Origin: Dipteris shenzhenensis
Taxonomy: Eukaryota
Reading direction: 5' to 3' (one strand)
Assembly: GCA_047967505.1 (NCBI GenBank)
Contig: CM106538.1
DNA: 64,000 nucleotides
Part shown: positions 12,173 through 25,160 of the stretch, piece after piece
How the letters are laid out: each line of letters starts with the position of its first letter
How positions within the stretch are numbered: the stretch's first letter is position 1
The notes under the pieces: generated by a model
What the model saw: only the letters and a program-made list of their open reading frames with translations
The model's database searches: none
What the model was told of the DNA's origin: nothing
Program-made: the position numbers and the translations under genes

Positions 12173-13575
12173 TGTCACGAGGACATGAATTTATGGGACT
12201 TTTGATTTGCGACTCCCGTAATTTACGAGTGATTGCCTTGAGCCTCTGGGGCGCGCGAGTCTGGCCACGTGCACGGGACTTGGGGAATTAAAATTCCAAG
12301 TGGACCCTTGGAAATTGTGAATGTGCACCCAGTTACTAGGCAATTAATTCCTTGGACCAAAGTGTGCAACAGAGGGCCAAAAGAGTGGTGCAATTAAAAA
12401 TTGCTATTTTGGTCACGGGACTCTAAAATCAGCACAAGACACCTGTTTGGCATGCAAGAGGCCAAAAAGCAATCAAAAAAGTCGAAATTTACTTTGAGGG
12501 TTTCTGGACCACAGAAGAACAAAGAGAGGCAAGTCATAGGCTAGGAAAGTGCTCCAAGGCTATTCTTTCACATCGCCTTGCTGATTTTTGACTACCAAGG
12601 CAATCTGTGGGCTGTCGGTGGGCTGCCAGGGCTTCCAGAAGCTCAATTCCTTTTTGTGCCAAGAGCCTCCAAATCAGTTCGTTTTTGCTCCTTCCGGGCT
12701 GTCCAGGGGCTACTGCAGGCGCTGCGGGATGTTGTCTAGGTAAGCAAGAGCTTCTACAGGGATTTCAACCTGTTTTTGGTTGCTTTTGGGCTGTTGCTGC
12801 TGGTTTTGGAGCTTTCCAGGCTTGGGCGACCTCTTCTAAGTAGCTTTTGGGGCTGTGCCAAGGCAGATTCAACTATTCTTTGCAAGATCTAGGGTTTTCC
12901 AGCCCAAGTGACCTGATTTCTATAGATTTGGGGCAAAGGAAGGCTAGATTTTGCCTATTTTGTTGTTCCCCGACTGGTTGCTCGTTGGTTATTGCGTTTG
13001 AGATCGATTCCTCGCCAAGAAGGGTTGGTTTTTGCTATTGGGTAGTGGCCAGGAGGGCTACAAATAAGGCTGACTTGTTGAAAGTGCTTGGTGGATTGAT
13101 TGCACCAGAGTTTGACTGTCTAGGGATTTTCTGCAGTTGTTCAGCCATGTCTGGCTGGTTGGGCACTAGGTTGTGCAGGTGCAAGAAGCGCACCGTCAGT
13201 TGATGCCTTTGGGGTTCTATTACACACTTGGTTGGCAGGGAGATTGCATGATTGCCTAGTGATTGGATGCCTATTCGCCATATAAGGTTGAGCACGGATT
13301 GCATGGTGTGCAGGATATTAGAAGTCTATGGGCAGTGGTTTGCCTATGGTGCAGCTTTCAGGAGACCTTGTAATCAGCCGCTTGGCTTTCTATGAATATT
13401 AAAGAAATACCGCAAGGGGCGCCAACGTTTGGGGCCAATCGGTGTCCCTGTTTCTGAGTAGGAGCGCTCTAGCTCCCTGTGATTAGGTTGTGGTGATTAA
13501 TTGTTTTGCTATTTACTTTGTGCGCTATAGTTAAAATGGATCTCACCACCCATTAATTTGTGAAGGCTGGTTTCA
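12173..13575 (+). mobile_element. Solo LTR of chromovirus family A (1403 bp)
   Basis: TGTCACGAGGACATGAA...GAAGGCTGGTTTCA. The block aaagaaataccgcaaggggcgccaa is shared with 9150-9176 (reverse complement). Flanks ggtgg/cgtgg give a 5-bp TSD with 1 mismatch. Confidence 0.8.
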
Positions 13576-14498
13576 CGTGGTGAGGACCTCGACTTATCGG
13601 TACTTCCAGAAGTTATTACCCCTCTGCGTGTTGGGTTACGCCGTTTCAAGGCAGGAGAATGGATGCTAGACGGATTCAATGCTTGTGGAAGGCGACAATC
13701 TCTCCAAACACCTTGACTGCTATTTTCTTTGCTGCAGAAACGAATGCCAAGCGACCACATGTGGATGTATATATTGCCGAAGTACTAAATACTACTCCCA
13801 GATACTTTGAGCTCAACCCAGCTACTCTTTTTAGCACCAAGGCAAATGGTCCTATCGATGTTCCAAAGAAAAAAAATGGTCTTATAGATGTTACAAACAA
13901 GTGCATCAGTCGAGTGCATCCACTGAAAAAGTTTCATTCATTCGTCATCTTGGAAACGTGATGCTACACGACCTCACACAAGTAATAACGAAAATGCAAT
14001 TCCTAAATATATTCTTATTGTAAACAGCCCAAAGGGATACGTATAGGCTAGAGCCAAATAGGTGCCCCATGAACGTTATGTTTTGGATGGAAATTGTACT
14101 CGTTTGCTCCGTTTGGATAGCTGTACTCGTTTGCTAATACGTATGATTATGTAGTTCTTTTATAATGAAGAAAGCCTCAGTTTTTTAAAAGCTCTTATCC
14201 CAATTTTCTTTAACAAAATAGCGACTGATTGTAACAAGTCCAATGGTGAATTTTGTTTTGGTTTGATTGGAGTGATTTTTTGAGACAATAGGAGCCAAAA
14301 AGAGGCTCCTATTACTGAGCACAAGATTCCATCCCAAGCACTCGACAATAGATCATTTAGTCATCATAAGAGCAGCAACAAAGGGAGTCAAGAATAAGAA
14401 GGGCTGTCTATAATTGTCACATGCACCCCTGCACTTGGGTGCAAAGTGACACACTGGCTACATCGACAAGTGCATAATAGTTCCCTGATATGAGATTT

Positions 14499-16790
14499 TG
14501 TCGTATGCTGTGACCCCTTTGTGAGCCCTTGTCCAGGAACAGTCAGGCACAAGCTACGTAAGTCAGTCTCTCAGCCTTAGGTAAAGTAAGAAGATCAGTC
14601 CTTGTTCACTGATACCCTCTGGAGAACCGTAGGATAGTGTTTCCGTCTTAGGTTTAGGGATAGGTTTAGGTCCAACCTGGGATAGGAGCCCTTCTGGGCC
14701 CCCTCAAGGTTGGAACAAGTGAAGAGAATGGCAAGGGAAGGGCTACTTTTATAGGCTAGGCTGCCATTTATGGGACCTAGGGCTGCCATTTATGGGGGCT
14801 AGAGCTGCCATTTATGGGGCCTAGGGCTGCCTTTAAGGGGCCAGCCAACCAGCCCCAAAAACCCTATAAATAGGGGGCCTCCAGGCCCTCTCAGTGCTCC
14901 CAGCACTTCAGCCTCCTACAGCTCCTCCTCAGCCCCCTCTGAACAGCCTGACACTCACCCCCAGTGGCCCTCTAACCAGCCTCAGCCTTTGGCATCAGTT
15001 CAGCCCTCTGGGAAGGTGTTCATGCAGCGCATCAGACGGGGAGTCGAGACAGCGAACGGAGTAAGGTTTGGGGTCTGTTTCAGCAGCTCTTTTCAGTTAT
15101 CTCTTACAGCTTTACACAGCTAACTCTCAGCTCTATATTTCAGTCATCTCTCAGCTCTCTTATAGGATCTATCACTCCTAGCTCTCACTCTCTCACTCAC
15201 ACAGTAACCCTGCATTCCGATGGACAGCACAAGCCTCTCCCTTGCCTTGTGGAAGCATCCTACATCGTCAATGTGGACAGCATCAAGGTCTCGGTATTGG
15301 TCAGTGTTGCCTCTCAGGTCTTTGCGTCTGCTCTACGTGTGCACAGTGAGCTCTTCAGAAGCGCGTTCCGTGCTCTCTCGAGGAGTGTTCTTTGTATTTC
15401 TCAGTTCTCCAAGTATAAAGCAAATTCTCCCCTGATTGGGAAAGGGGGCCCTCAATGGGTACAAGGACCCAATCGGTTGTCGACTCTACTCTCTCTCTAC
15501 CCTCATCTCCTTTCTCTCTCTATGGTGTGCAATGCTAATTCCTCGCTAAAGGTTTAGAGAAGGTCTTGATGTGAATTACACGATCAAATTACCGTTGCAT
15601 GTTACATTGGTATCAGAGCTTCGGTCTGTATCCAGCTTGACTACCGCGAGTGTATGGTTGTATTGAGATCCGAGAAGGACATACAATGAAGCGCATGGAA
15701 GGGTCAGGAAAAGGACTCAACCTTGAAGACTTTGAAGAGGAGAAAGACTTACCGATAAGAATTTCTTCTGCCAAGTGCTCAAGAAGTGATGGCAAACCTT
15801 CTAGAGAAGAATCGGGTCCTCCTACAGCAACTCGAAGAGCATTCATCCCAGCTAGAAGAAAGCAGAAGACAACTGGATCAGACAAAACAACGTCTGGAGA
15901 AAAAAGAAGCAGAAAAGATGCTAGAAGAAAGAGGAACCACAGATTTTGAAAAACTGCTCTTATTGATGCGTGAGGAACGCAAAAATGAGAAGCCATTGTG
16001 ATGCACAGAGCTCGCCCAGACAGAGAGGCAACAAAAGCTAGACCGATAGGCGATGCTTCTCCAACACAAACAGATGTTAACCGCTATGTAGGCAAGTTTG
16101 AGCGTAGCAGCCGTCACTGCCACAACTTCGTCATCGACAAAGGTACATCAGTTTGTAGCTCATTTTCCGTTAGCGCGTGAGAAAGTTCAAAGACAAAGTC
16201 CACCTCGTAGCCCCTCATCTTACGGGTAAGGCGGTGACCCAGTGGCAACATTGGGCTAGTAAGCATACCGACCCAACAACGTTTAAGACGAATTTTGTTT
16301 GGGCAACATTTGTGGCCAACCTCAAAGCCCATTTTCTCCCAATATATGCTTAACTTGGAGGATGAGTTTTCTCGTCTCTCGCAGAATGGTTTGCCTGTGT
16401 TGAGATACAGTAACAAGGTCATCACGCTAGCGCAGTAGTTAGGCGTGACAAAGAGCAGCAGTTGGGCGTGACAAAGAGCACCAAGATGAAGCAATTCTTC
16501 GAGGATTGGACACCAACATCCGTTATACCATTCGGAACTTCGATCGGCCGAATTACGAGCAGACACTGACTCTCGCACAAAATCAGGAGATGATGCTGAA
16601 CGGGGGAAAGCCCAAGCAGGTCCAGAAAGATTCCAAAGCCCTGCAGCAGTCAAACACAACGGGTAAGGATCAGAAGAAGGACAACCAGTTCCAAAAGAAA
16701 GACGGCCAGGCTTCTCCTATGTCCTGGGTCTGGAAGAAATCGGTGAGAACCCGTTGGGTATCATACGGCTGTGTGACCTGATCTCGGCGT
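14499..16790 (+). mobile_element. Truncated LTR retrotransposon: 5' LTR, tRNA-iMet PBS, decayed gag
   Basis: LTR ends GTTACA at 15606; PBS TGGTATCAGAGC at 15608-15619. The LTR has ~21-bp tandem repeats (14755-14840) and a TATA at about 14865. Coiled-coil/gag-like peptides at 15786-16700. The left boundary is approximate. Confidence 0.65.
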
Positions 16791-16837
16791 TGTATCCTGA
16801 GTGAAAGATCTCAAAGTCGGGTCATCTCATGAAGGAA

Positions 16838-17075
16838 AGCTACCAAGCACCGTTAGTCCGGTGCAAGTAGCTATGGGAGAGGACCGAAGCCGTCGCGGAA
16901 GAGGCAATGGTATCTCCCTCGAACGGCATAGTAGATAGGACATCTGAAAGCAAAATGCTCCTCCGACTCAACCTCATGTAGGTCACATAAGGTGCAAAGA
17001 TGGTATACCTTTGCCCATCCGCTCTCAATGTGTAGTCGATGTGAAGAAACTCGAAACTGACTGAGTGATATCCAA
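16838..17075 (-). mobile_element. RTE/RTEX-like LINE C-terminal fragment
   Basis: SQFRVSSHRLHIESG...CTLCDLHEVESEEHFAFRCPIYYAVRGRYHCLFRDGFGPL, closely similar to 19120-19320. Confidence 0.75.
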
Positions 17076-17442
17076 AGCGAGTGCGGTACCCAAGATGACT
17101 CCAAATGAGAAGGCTAAAGCGGGCATTACGGGAGGCTATCTACAACCCACGACAAGCAGAAGTGGTACCACCAAGAACATCGCTGCTTTCATTGCCACCA
17201 CATCGTTGGGCATGGCAAGAAGGATTGTCCGAAGTGGCTTGCCGAGAAGGCTGCGAAGGCGCCTACTTTGTCCTATGAGCTGGTCCTTATTGGCACACCT
17301 ATGAAACTGGGAAATGAGAAAATTCCTATACAACATGTTTGTGCAAACAGTGACCCTCTATGGATGCCTACCTTGGGGCACCCAGGCTTTCCAGAGCTTA
17401 TTGCAGAAGAATAGAAACATCACATTAGCTTTCTCATGGGAG

Positions 17443-18273
17443 CATAGTAGTCAAGGAGTTTCGAAACGGGTTTCGAGGTTTTGGAAACGCTTCGGAGCCA
17501 TCCTGAAACGTTTGTAAAAATGTTTCGTGCATAATACGGTATTTAAATATATATACCTAGATAAGTCCAGGCACATGCCCAGACTCATCCTCTAAACACA
17601 CAACATAGTGCAGTTTCAATCTCATGATAGTCACTCATAAGGTTGAAAACCATAAACTCCATCACGCATAGCAGGGACTAGCTACTATGACATCCCCACT
17701 GACGTCATCAGCGTCCAACAGTGGGTGTAGACCATAGTATAAACATATCCTCTCACACATACAAATCCACACCCCCACACATACTTGAGCATCTATTTAT
17801 ACAAAGTCTTCATACTGAGTTTCTGTCGGCATGCCGGAGGTGAAGGGTATTTAAATATATTTTTTGCCAAAAAATAATAATTATTTTTTATTATTACCAC
17901 CAGAACTCCAATACTTGAAAAAAACTCATGAAACATAGTGCACAGACAATTGATTTTTCACTAAGAACTTGAAACTTGACACATATTACTAATTTCTAAA
18001 TCAGAAAATAAACAACATATCATTGAAGATTCAAGAGTCAATGGTCATATTTAAGAATTGAAAAAGATACATGAATCATGATTCATGTCACATGACAAGA
18101 GGTTCAATCTTCAAAACTGAAATGATGCTAGGTACTCCGAGTTTTTAAGGTGCTCCGAAACACATGTTTTGGATTCCAAACATTTTGGGGGGGTTTACGA
18201 TTTGGGGTTTTTTTAGGTGCTCCAAAACGCGAGAATGTTTCCGAAATGTTTCGTACGTTACGGGCCAACTATA
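17443..18273. mobile_element. Non-autonomous hAT-type DNA transposon (MITE)
   Basis: Perfect 8-bp TSD catgggag (17435-17442, 18274-18281). Imperfect TIRs CATAGTAGTC / reverse complement TATAGTTGGC. Subterminal gaaacg/cgtttc repeats. Confidence 0.75.
17553..17845 (-). mobile_element. Short non-coding retroposon, copy 3, inserted in the hAT MITE
   Basis: Perfect 15-bp TSD ggtatttaaatatat (17538-17552, 17846-17860). Confidence 0.85.
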
Positions 18274-18440
18274 CATGGGAGAACTAGGGGCCAATGTATA
18301 GACACCCTATCCCATCCTACTGACTGAGACTGGTATGAGATTGGAAGCTTTATGTTAATACATCAACAAGCTTCAGCAGATGGATGCAACCAGGATACCA
18401 CTCAAAGCAATAGAGGCTACAAAGACCATTGGAGGGCACA

Positions 18441-19940
18441 GATAGATCGATAGATAGATAGATATATTAACGTCTCTAAAAGGCCAAACGGCCTATGAGA
18501 CTAAAACAGTTGATACATATGCTAGTGTTGTCTCATCAAAGAGAACAACAAAATAAATAAGCTGAAGGCTGAGAGCTACTAAAGGTACTTACAGTCAAAG
18601 GGACTGCAAGTGACCCAAAACTAATGAAATACCAAGCAAGTATTTACTAAAAGTACCAATTGATCAGCATAGGCAGAAAGCTAATCAATAAAAAGGTTGC
18701 ACTCTTCTTATGTCAAAAATCCCAATCATGGGCAGCTCTAGGATCTCATAACTCGGTGCCACATGTTTCCGGTGTTTGGCAATGATGGCAAGGATCCGAT
18801 GAAGATATGGGTGCCGGGCACGGGGTCTTGGGGGCCTGGGCCTCCGTGACCTGGATATGGCGATGGCTCAGTCCAAAATCACACCACTAGAGTGTGGCAA
18901 TCTGCCTGTGTGAGATAAGGTGGTGGTGGCGCCAGGGGTTTCTGATGGCGGGGAGGGCATAAAACTAGCTGAGGTGCTGGCAGTGAAGAAGTCTCTAAGT
19001 ATACTTTGCCTGGGTGGGGCTGGTCTCGGTTGTATGTCTCCCAACAAAGTCTCTTTATGTCGCTTGAGCTCTGATAAAAACAAACCCAAGCATTTTTTAT
19101 CTTCGTACTCCATCACCCTACGGAGTGGGCCAAATCCCTTTCTGAATAGACAGTGGTATCTTCCTCGGATTTCATAATATACCGTGCATCTACATACGTA
19201 ATGCTCCTCTGTCTCCTCCTCCTACTGGCATAACTTACATATCCGATCCTGAGGGGCTGTGTGGGTGTATCTCCCTGTCTCTATTCTCAACTGATGTGAT
19301 GAGGTTCGAATTTGGCCAATAATACTACGTAGCCCGTGAGATAGGTGTGTGTCCATGTATGCTGGCCTGGCTATAAGTTCATCTGGAGATAAATGAAGAA
19401 AATGGCTCTGGTAGTGTGCCATCTTCTTCCCTAAAGGCTCATGTGGTCTAGTCCAGGTTCTCTCAGTCTCCAACTTGACAATATCAGCTCTAATGATCTT
19501 GTTTCGGTCATGGCGAGACAGGTCTAGCTTGGGACAATCCAAACTGTATTGAAAGGGTGGGAGTGCATCCATTGTCAACTCATGCTCTGCAAACCATCTC
19601 TGTAGCTGAGCATACCAGCACCATGTTTGACCCTCCTCCACTAGCTGCCTGGATGATATCATAGCCAACCGTGCATATCTGGAGCCAGGTAGATCCCACA
19701 ATCTATGTATGCAAGTTACTGCCTGGAACAGAGCCTCAGTCACTAGTGGAGCAGCTGCTAATTCAGCTCGTATTATCGGATGTGGTACAGATGACTTGCT
19801 CCGGATCATGCGGGCAATCAATGTCACTAATGGCCTTTCCAATCTCCTCCACTCAGTTGCACCCCCTACACTGGGGCCCCATATAGCTGCACCATAAAAT
19901 AGTGTGGGCACCACCAATGTCTCAAAACAACCATAATTTT
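18441..19940 (-). mobile_element. 5'-truncated RTE/RTEX-like LINE with (TATC)n tail
   Basis: FETLVVPTLFYGAAIWG...GQIRTSSHQLRIETGRY...RICKLCQ..ETEEHYVCRC (18868-19935). 3' UTR hairpin at 18472-18501 and a (GATA)n run on the + strand at 18441-18463. Confidence 0.8.
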
Positions 19941-20544
19941 GTGCGTGGCTCTTGGAACTGTACATGTGCACACTGTCTCTGTAGTGCTCCAAAGCTGCAT
20001 AGCCTCTATCCAATCTGGCATCAATCCAACGTGCACAGAGAGGGGGGAAATGGATGGAGTTATGGGGCATACAGCTGCTGATATCCCTAGAGATATGGGG
20101 GAAATCAGAAATTTGAAATGCTACAGAAACTATGGCAAGACCCAGGTGCAAAAATGCAGTCCTACAAACAGGAAATCAATCAGATGGACGATATGAAATG
20201 CAACAATACCTCAGGGAGGATATATCAATGTTCAAAAGGCATAATCTGCAAACTAAGGACCAGCTCCCATGACCTAGAGGTGGAAAGGGGCAGGCAGGCA
20301 ACACCCAGGATCCCAAGATATGTAAGAATCTGCAAAATCTGTCCCACAGGGGAGATAGAAAATGAGCAGCATGTGCTCATGTGCTCCTACAGTGTTGAGT
20401 GTATGTGCACGTCAGGGAAAAGCACTGACAACCTAAAAACTCTTTGCACAGATAGGGATATGACTTCTAAGTCCCAACAGTCGGAGGTATTTGAGACATT
20501 CAAAAGAAAACAAATTACCTCATCTTGGAAGAGGGTTGAATTAC

Positions 20545-21834
<1,290 letters not shown>

Positions 21835-22499
21835 GGAGCCGTTACGAAAATTTCCGAGGCAAGGAAAGGTCTAGGAAGCTTGCAACATCTGCGGGGGCCG
21901 AGCTCTCGACAGAATATGGTCGTGTTTTTCTCCAACCGTGATTTCTTTTCAGCATCAAAACTTCTGTGAATCACCGACGTAGCTGTGAGCCAATCTTTCA
22001 CTCAGAGATGGACGGACTGTTAAAAGAAGCCTCCCACTGCTCCGTGAGCTTGTGTTTGCAGGAAGAGCAGTGCACAGACATCAAAACTGCACTTTCTAGA
22101 ATGATCAACCAACATCAACAACAATTCAGAGATTGAAGAGTTGCTTCTTTGAGGTAATCGTCGTGGAGATAAAGAAAACATTCGGCGTCCCTGAACTTGT
22201 CTTTCCAGATTTGAGCTCAATCCAAAGCTCAAATTCGATTGGAAGAAGCTTCAAGAAGACACTGTCTCCTCTCTAGAACTTTACAGCTTAGTGCAAATTC
22301 CATGGAATTTTGCATATTTGAAACGTGTGAGGAGGAAAACCTTAAGAACAAGGTAGATTAGTTTACAAATAGGGCCCAAGGGGGTTATTAATTAATTTAT
22401 GGGGCCGCAACTGGTAATTAACCTAAGGTCCTAAGGCATATGTCTCTTCGGTGTCTGTGGCTTCTTTGAGACTCTTCCAAATCGAGAAACTTCTCTCCC

Positions 22500-22850
22500 T
22501 ACCTTATAACAGGAAGGGGAGGTGGTAGAGTAGAGGCAGGGGAACTGTGAAGCCTTCCTGGAGGTGGTAGAGTAGAGGCAAGGGAACTCTGAAGCCCTCC
22601 CAATACAAGGAGGAAGAATGGAAGGAGGGAAAGAGAGGAGAGGGAAGGAGGAAGCACGGAGTGGCGGAGTGGGAAGAAGGAAGGAGGAGGGAGAGGAGGA
22701 GGAGGAGTGGGGAGAAAGAGAGAGCGAAGGAGGGGGGAAGGATGACATCGGGAGAGAGCAAAGGTTAAATCCTACAATGGAGGAGGACAGTGGAGGAGGA
22801 GAAGTGGGGAGGGAGTGAAGGAGGACAGCGAGAGAAGAAAGCCGCACAGA
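22500..22850. repeat. Purine-rich (GA/GGA) low-complexity tract with a 2 x ~41-bp repeat
   Basis: ggaggtggtagagtagaggca(g/a)gggaact(g/c)tgaagcc at about 22519 and 22560, followed by GGA/GAG runs. Confidence 0.7.
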
Positions 22851-23144
22851 ATAATAAGTTAATTGGCCAATAGATTAGCTTAATCGAGAATGAGGGGGGG
22901 CGTGAGCAATTAATTATTAGAAATGGACCAAGGAGCAATTAGTCATTATAAGGTGCGTTAGTGATTCAAGTTTTTTTTTTAATCTCACGGGTGTAATGGC
23001 CAGGCTTGGTGGTAGAACGTGTGTGTGAGTGTGGTCTGGGTGTGTGTTCGTTGACCACCCGCCAAGCTCCCTATGGCCACTGATCTAGGCAATCTATCCT
23101 AGTTAGGGACCCGATGAGGTTAGAGTGATGTGAGGGGAAAAAAA

Positions 23145-23800
23145 TTAAGCAAGATGAATTACATTCATTAGGCCTATAGAGATGGGATATCTATGTTTGT
23201 ATAAATGAGTGAACGGTCTGTCCAGTAAATGAAGTTTGTGATCTTGTGGTTTATTTGTCCAAATATGGTCTATAGTAGAACCATGTATTGTAGTTGGTTG
23301 TTGGATCAATTGCGTCATGTTCCACTTGGACATGAATGTGGCGAGTTCTTTTGTTCTATTGTTTGAATTGCAATAGTTGATGTTGAAGTCTCTGATAATT
23401 GTTATTTTTGTGGATTTTTGTATATCGGTTAGGAGTGTATGAAGGCACGAGTTAAGTGTTTTGGTTGATGTTGAAGAGGGAATTGTATACATTGATGATA
23501 GCAATTTCTTCATTTATTTTAGTTGAGAAAATTACTAGTAGGCATTCACAATGACGTTTTTGGATATATTGTTCTCTTATTAAATGGGTGTCTTTTTTGT
23601 AACATGTTGCGATTCCAATGCCATTTGTTCTTTGCAAACATGTGAAGTCTGGCAAGTGGAGGATTTTGGAGGAGTTGTTATGCAATTCTTGAAAACAAAG
23701 TATTGATGCATTTAGTAGACTTTTGTCATTAATTATATCTTGAAAGTGTGATTTTAGAGCTCTAGTATTGAGTGATTGCAATGCTATGTGTTTATTATTA
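23145..23800 (-). pseudogene. Apurinic/EEP endonuclease domain, C-terminal to the helicase
   Basis: SLNTRAL..HFQDI..ILCFQE..GIGIA..INVYN, then (frameshift) IIRDFNIN..QQPTTIHGSTIDHIWTN. The first half is in the same ORF (23452-24015) as helicase motif VI. Confidence 0.85.
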
Positions 23801-23899
23801 TGGTTGGAGAAGTCTATTTGTTTTGTATTCCATAATCTCTGATTTTTCAAGCGCTCAATTTCTTTGAGAACATTAGGATCTACTTTGATGTTCTTGTTT

Positions 23900-25160
23900 T
23901 CTATGGGATTGATGATGAACAAATTTTGAGGGTTGCATACGCAAGAGAGGGCTGTGTATGCAAGGCCATGGGATTTGATTGAAGAGGGATCAAATGCTAG
24001 TGAGTCCATGGACAAGCCCTAAGAATGGTGGATTGTCCTTGCAGCTGCTGGTTGTATCGAAAATTGTGTTCAAGAGACTGTATTCAAGTGGTCTAAAATT
24101 CACGAGTGATCAGATGTATTGGTGTCCAAGTGGATGGGATATTGTCATTGTAGATATGTTTGTTGTTGAGACGTGCCATTTTGCCGATGAGTTGAAGAGG
24201 ACCCAAAGAACATGCGGCTCTTTATTTTCACTTGAGTCTTTGAATATTCCATCTGCACTGTTGACCAAGCCATCTAAAATGTCCAAATTCCTCGAGCATA
24301 TTTTGGCTATCATTTCAAGCTTCGAGTGCAATAATTTGTGCAATGCACTTGTGTTTTTTGGGTCAGCTAGTATTGCTACTTTTTTGCTTCATGTTTTGTG
24401 TTTTTTATTAGTTGCCCGAATGATGTATGGACATGTTGTTAGCAATTCAAATACTTCTTTGTTGTGAATGTCTTTTGCTGCATTCGTGTAGAAAAGGTGA
24501 GGTATGTCTTGTTTTTGCAAAGGCTTGCGAAAGTAATTTCTATTTATGTATGTTATGTCATCTACAGTGTGTTTTCCCACTCTTATTTTGTTTAGCACTT
24601 GTATATATTGTTGATTTGTTTGATGCATAGTTGTGGTTAGCTCATAGAGGAGTACATTTTCTTCCCAATAGGTAGAAACTTTTGAATTGTTTGTTAATTT
24701 TCCATAAAAATCCATGAATCTTTTGTGGGGCTAGCTTGGCATAGGTCTCCACACAACAGTATGTCTACTCCCCAAATGGTTGCATGTGGTTGTGTTTGAT
24801 CTCTCTAAGGCGCATATCTACACCAACAAGCGTGCTATAACTGATTAGAGAGACTTCGTCGAAGACCACTAGTTGGAGGTCTTTGTAAAGTTGCGATAGT
24901 TCTTGGAGCTTCTCTGCTGAGAGGCTTGTGTAGTGGGATGCCATTGGAGGCAAATGGAGAGTTAAGTTAATAGTCCTCCAATAGTAAAGACTGCCTTCCC
25001 AGGTAAGCAAGCAACAAAACTTTCAGTAAATCAATGCTCGTTGTTTGTCTGTGTGAGTAATACCTTAGAAGTGCTTGGACAATGACTAGTAATGTGAAAG
25101 TTTTCCATGTGCCTACGTTGCCAATCAAGAAAAAATGTATCTTGTTTTGTGGTTCCACTC
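23900..25160 (-). pseudogene. PIF1-family SF1 helicase
   Basis: Walker A GNVGTWKT, Walker B VFDEVSLIS, QPFG, ELTTTMHQ..VLNKIRVG, NLDILDGLVNSADG, motif VI GLAYTALS. Confidence 0.9.

Larger units (their letters stand above)
17300..20420 (+). mobile_element. Older RTE/RTEX-like LINE 3' fragment, split by a hAT MITE and a minus-strand LINE
   Basis: Colinear pieces: LYNMFVQTVTLYGCLPWG (17314-17440), TPYPILLTETG (about 18300) and CKLRTSSHDLEVERGR...RICKICPTGEIENEQHVLMC (20245-20385). Confidence 0.6.

Noticed and set aside
22431-22847. Ser/Pro/Leu- and Glu/Gly-rich ORFs
   Set aside because: By-products of a purine-rich low-complexity tract.
23145-23800. Endonuclease as an independent LINE insertion
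   Set aside because: It shares an ORF with helicase motif VI, no RT follows, and no TSD or tail was seen.
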